A stretch of DNA of 64,000 nt, from contig OZ024740.1 in the NCBI GenBank assembly GCA_964016885.1, positions 351,354,001-351,418,000 of the forward strand, written 5' to 3'. Shown here in pieces: positions 60,110 to 64,000 of the stretch (its first letter is position 1; each line of letters opens with the position of its first letter). The notes under the pieces are model-generated. The model did not search any database. It was not told where the DNA came from and saw only the letters and a list, made by a program, of their open reading frames with translations. Position numbers and translations under genes: made by a program. Origin of the DNA: Eledone cirrhosa (taxonomy: Eukaryota).

Positions 60110-60336
60110 ATATATGACCAAAGATTAGTATGGTTCGTTGATTACTCAATGAATACAATTTTACAATAGATTAGAAGCACTCAAAAAAGAAGTTTTCCTG
60201 GAGTTTTTTTATATTATTCAAAATATTAACAAATGAAAAATAATCTCATAATCAAAATACTCATTTTCAGTACGTCCTCATCAGACAAAATATATGATTT
60301 GATACCGCTACGGTCTTGATTATTCAATTCCATTAT

Positions 60337-60478
60337 TAGCATAGTTACGTCCTTTTACAATCTGAGTTCAAATCCCGCCGAGATTGACTTTGCCTTTAAT
60401 CCTTACGGGGTCGATAAAATAAAGTACCAGTAATGCACTGGGTATTTGCTGGCCTTGTGCCTAAAGTAGAATCAATTA
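60337..60478 (+). mobile_element. SINE family A copy (5'-truncated)
   Basis: B-box and family A body. Confidence 0.8.
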
Positions 60479-60571
60479 TTGGCAGTCTGCCATTAATCAA
60501 GACAGTATTGGCAGACTGCCAATACGGGAATTGAATAATCAAGAGCGTAGCGGTATGTCATATATCAAATC

Positions 60572-60643
60572 ATATATTTTGTCTGATGAGGACGTACTGA
60601 AAAAACAACACAGTACCTTTGAAATATATATAATAAAGTATAT
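60572..60643 (+). ncRNA. Type I hammerhead ribozyme
   Basis: atatattttgt-CTGATGA-gga.gtactg...cagtac.ttt-GAAA-tatata-TA-ataaagtatat. Confidence 0.78.
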
Positions 60644-60770
60644 ATTTTGATTATGAGATTATTTTTCATTTGTTAATATTTTGAATAATATACATACATA
60701 TATATATATTTAAAAAAAAGGAAACTGACTTCACATGTAGTTTTAAACAATTTGATCTATTTTATATGAT

Positions 60771-60954
60771 TTGGCAGTATGGGTACAGAGTCTGACGCCA
60801 TGCTTTGCAGCAAAGAGTTACGGCCCTTTATGGTCTGAGTTCAAATCCCGCTGAGGTTAACTTTGTCTTTCATCCTTACGGGGTCGATAAAGTAAAGTAC
60901 CAGTAATACACTGTCATAATCGCTGTCCTTGTGCCAAAAGTGTAAAATATAAAG
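60771..60954 (+). mobile_element. SINE family A copy with candidate TSD GATTTGG
   Basis: A/B boxes present. GATTTGG at 60768-60774 and 60955-60961. Confidence 0.8.
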
Positions 60955-61404
60955 GATTTGGTAGATCTAGAAAGATCTTTGTTAACTTCGGTGAGAAGAT
61001 TTTTAAAGATTCCTGGTTAACTTTCCTGGAGATTTTCTCGCATTCGTCGGTGACGATTGTCCAACCTGATCTCAGTTTCACAATCGCTACCAATGAATGG
61101 GAGTAAATTCTCCAAATCATAATATTATAAAATTAAATGAAATTGTTTAAAACTACAAGTGAAGTCATTCTTTTCTTTTTTTTAAATATACCTAACTGCA
61201 CCAAGAATTTCACACATTTCCCAATATATATATATATATGTATATTTATTAAAATAACAGATTAAAGTTTAAGCAAAGAATCGCTGCTTTCACCCTTAAC
61301 GGGATCTTCTGGAACTAACAAAGTCAATCTGTAAACGCAGAACTGGATATTTCAAAACACGTTGCAACCGGAGGAAGACAGGAAGACGATACTTTGGTTC
61401 GTGG

Positions 61405-61670
61405 TAACGTTCGCTGGCAAAGAACGGGAAAAAACGAATAATACGTCATTAATAGGAGCGGTGAAAAACAATTACGCGCAAAGACAGAACCACGTTTATG
61501 GTATAAAAGAGGTCGTAGACTAATGTTCTCTTAGGTGGTGCATAGAGACGTTCTCTGGCAATGAACGAAAAAACGAAGATAATAAGTCATATGTGGAGCG
61601 TGGAGAACAATAGCACGCAAAGACAAAATCACGTAAATGGTAAGCAGAAGTCGTAGACTGAAATTCTAAC
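61405..61670. repeat. Diverged tandem dimer, ~140-bp unit
   Basis: cgttc.ctggcaa.gaacg...gcaaagaca.aa.cacgt..atggta...gtcgtagact occurs twice. Confidence 0.7.
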
Positions 61671-61800
61671 TAGGAGACCAAATGAATCTTCGCTACAGAG
61701 TTAAGAACAAAGTAAATAAATACAATACAGAAGTAATAGAAACAAATAAATACATACACGCAAACAGATACGTACATACACAAGCATACGCAAAACCTTA

Positions 61801-61856
<56 letters not shown>

Positions 61857-62131
61857 ATTACCCACTCTACTACCCTAAGTATTGAGTACTTTGGTGCGTT
61901 ATGGTCCACCTGGCTCCTTACCACATTTCCTTCGTTATATATACATATATATATGTATATATATATGTATATATATATGTATATATATGTAGATATATAT
62001 ATATGTATATATATGTATATGTATATATATATGTATATATGTAGGAGGTGAGTTTTATTTAAAACTGCATTATTTTTTATTTAAAACTGCACTATCCACA
62101 AGTGTTTTTTAACCTTCATATCATGTCTTCC

Positions 62132-62202
62132 TATTTTATCTGATGAAAACACAAATATTATTGCATGATGATATTTGTTTTTGAAATGCGCATAATAAAA
62201 TA
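62132..62202 (+). ncRNA. Type I hammerhead ribozyme
   Basis: tattttat-CTGATGA-aaacacaaatatta...tgatatttgttttt-GAAA-tgcgca-TA-ataaaata. Perfect 8-bp stem I and palindromic stem III ATGCGCAT. Confidence 0.85.
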
Positions 62203-62239
62203 CATGGAACTCTTTTAACCATCTTTTGTTCTTATATAT

Positions 62240-62344
<105 letters not shown>

Positions 62345-62348
62345 TATC

Positions 62349-62490
<142 letters not shown>

Positions 62491-62643
62491 TATCTGTTAG
62501 AACACGAAAAGTGTGAAACAACAGAATGTTCACTTTTCGTGTTCTAACATATATGGGTAACTTCTTCATAAATTTTCCGGGGATAGCCGTGGTGGTGGTG
62601 ATCGTATGTCATTGGCTAATTTTCAACCAATCAGAGTAAGTGT

Positions 62644-62685
<42 letters not shown>

Positions 62686-64000
62686 TATTCCCCCTCTCTA
62701 TATATATATATCTTACGCTTTCGCTTTACACTCCTCCCCTTCAATAACACATTTCCCCCTCTCTATATATCTCTTATACTGTTACACTTATATTTCCATT
62801 TATTTATTACCCCCTCTCTCTATATCTCTTCCACTGTTACTTACGCCTGTTTCTCTCTATCTGTTCCGTCTCTATATATATCTCTCTTACTCTTTCGCTT
62901 TGCACTCCTCCCCTTCAATACCATCTCTCCCCTTCTCTATATATTTGTTACTCTATCGCTGCACGCTCCTCTCCTTCAATATATCAATTACACACTTACG
63001 CTGTACACTCCTTTATCTCCAGCGCCCCTATATATACACCCACCCCCCGCATCTATATTTTAATGTTCCGTTGCACCGTGAATATATGTGTCTATATATA
63101 TATACATATATATTGTATAGACACATTCATGTATGTGTATACACACTCATGTATGTATATACACTGGTTTTATGTGTGTATTGTAAATTTGTACTGTTAA
63201 AACACGAAACTAACATTCGATTGACACTTTGATTACCTGTACAGGCAATAGTTATTAGAATGCTGTTGAAGTGTGTATATATTTTTGGGGGACATTCTGT
63301 ATATACACACATTATATATAATACAATAAACAGATAAATACACACATATATATATGAGCTTATTTAATTATAAATATTGTGAATTTTTAACTCAGTTCAA
63401 TTATATATATAAATGGCTTCTACAGGACTAGAACTGTTTCATTCGAAAGAAATCATCATAATATTGAGAGGGGGGACTAGATAAAATATTTCAAATCAAA
63501 TGTGTATAAGTTATAAGTTAAAATGTATAAATAGAGACGATAGTGGAGGTATATCTGTTTAGTGGAACAGTAGACGATAGAATTAAATACAGACGAGAAT
63601 CTCCCTTTAATGAAACAGCAGACGATAGAATTAAGGCAATTTAAATTTTAAGCATTTGCATTTTTGCCTTTCATTGTTACGGGGTCGATAAAATAAAGTA
63701 CCAGTAATACACTGTCACTATAAGTAGACGACTTTCAAATTGAATTGTTGGTTCCATTTCTTTAGTATTTTCAATTGTAGTTATCTACTTAAAAAGCGTT
63801 ACACGGTTAGAGACATAATTGGTAAGTTATATCTTCCCTATTAAACCATTGCATTATTTCGCCTACAATAGAACAAAAATGAAATGTTCTTTAAAGAAAC
63901 AGAAATATAACTTTATAAAAAAAAAAGTTGCATCCGCTTCTTTTATCATTGATAATTTTTTCGTTTTAATATTAATTGTTTTTTGTAGTTGTTTATATTA

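Noticed and set aside
61266-61316. Minus-strand CAGAAGA...GAAA hammerhead-like motif, and the degenerate copy at 18255-18330
   Set aside because: Core is mutated and stems are imperfect. Probably decayed copies, not counted among the 17.

Overview
This is AT-rich, microsatellite-dense animal DNA with no recognisable host protein-coding exon. The repeat spectrum suggests a coleoid cephalopod (octopus-like), which is inference only. Most of the ORF track is translated microsatellite noise. Real coding content is retroelement-derived: (1) an apparently full-length RTE-clade LINE with an uninterrupted 1182-aa ORF (APE + RT + three C-terminal C2H2 zinc fingers, 29377-33616), plus short derivatives; (2) a decayed R4/Dong-type RLE element in (TAA)n; (3) two decayed L1/Tx1-type LINEs; (4) three 5'-truncated Penelope-like elements (RT + GIY-YIG); (5) RTE-X and pogo/Tigger relics and many tRNA-derived SINEs. 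The most striking non-annotated signal is about 17 hand-folded type I hammerhead ribozyme motifs from roughly ten sequence families, plus several degenerate halves. They include two U3:A8 core covariants and a CCGAAGA variant. They lie in Penelope 3' ends and in ORF-less direct/inverted repeat units, mostly beside (TA)n tracts. One is a ~1 kb palindrome, and one inverted copy ends at the predicted cleavage site. All RNA structures were folded by eye and activity is untested.
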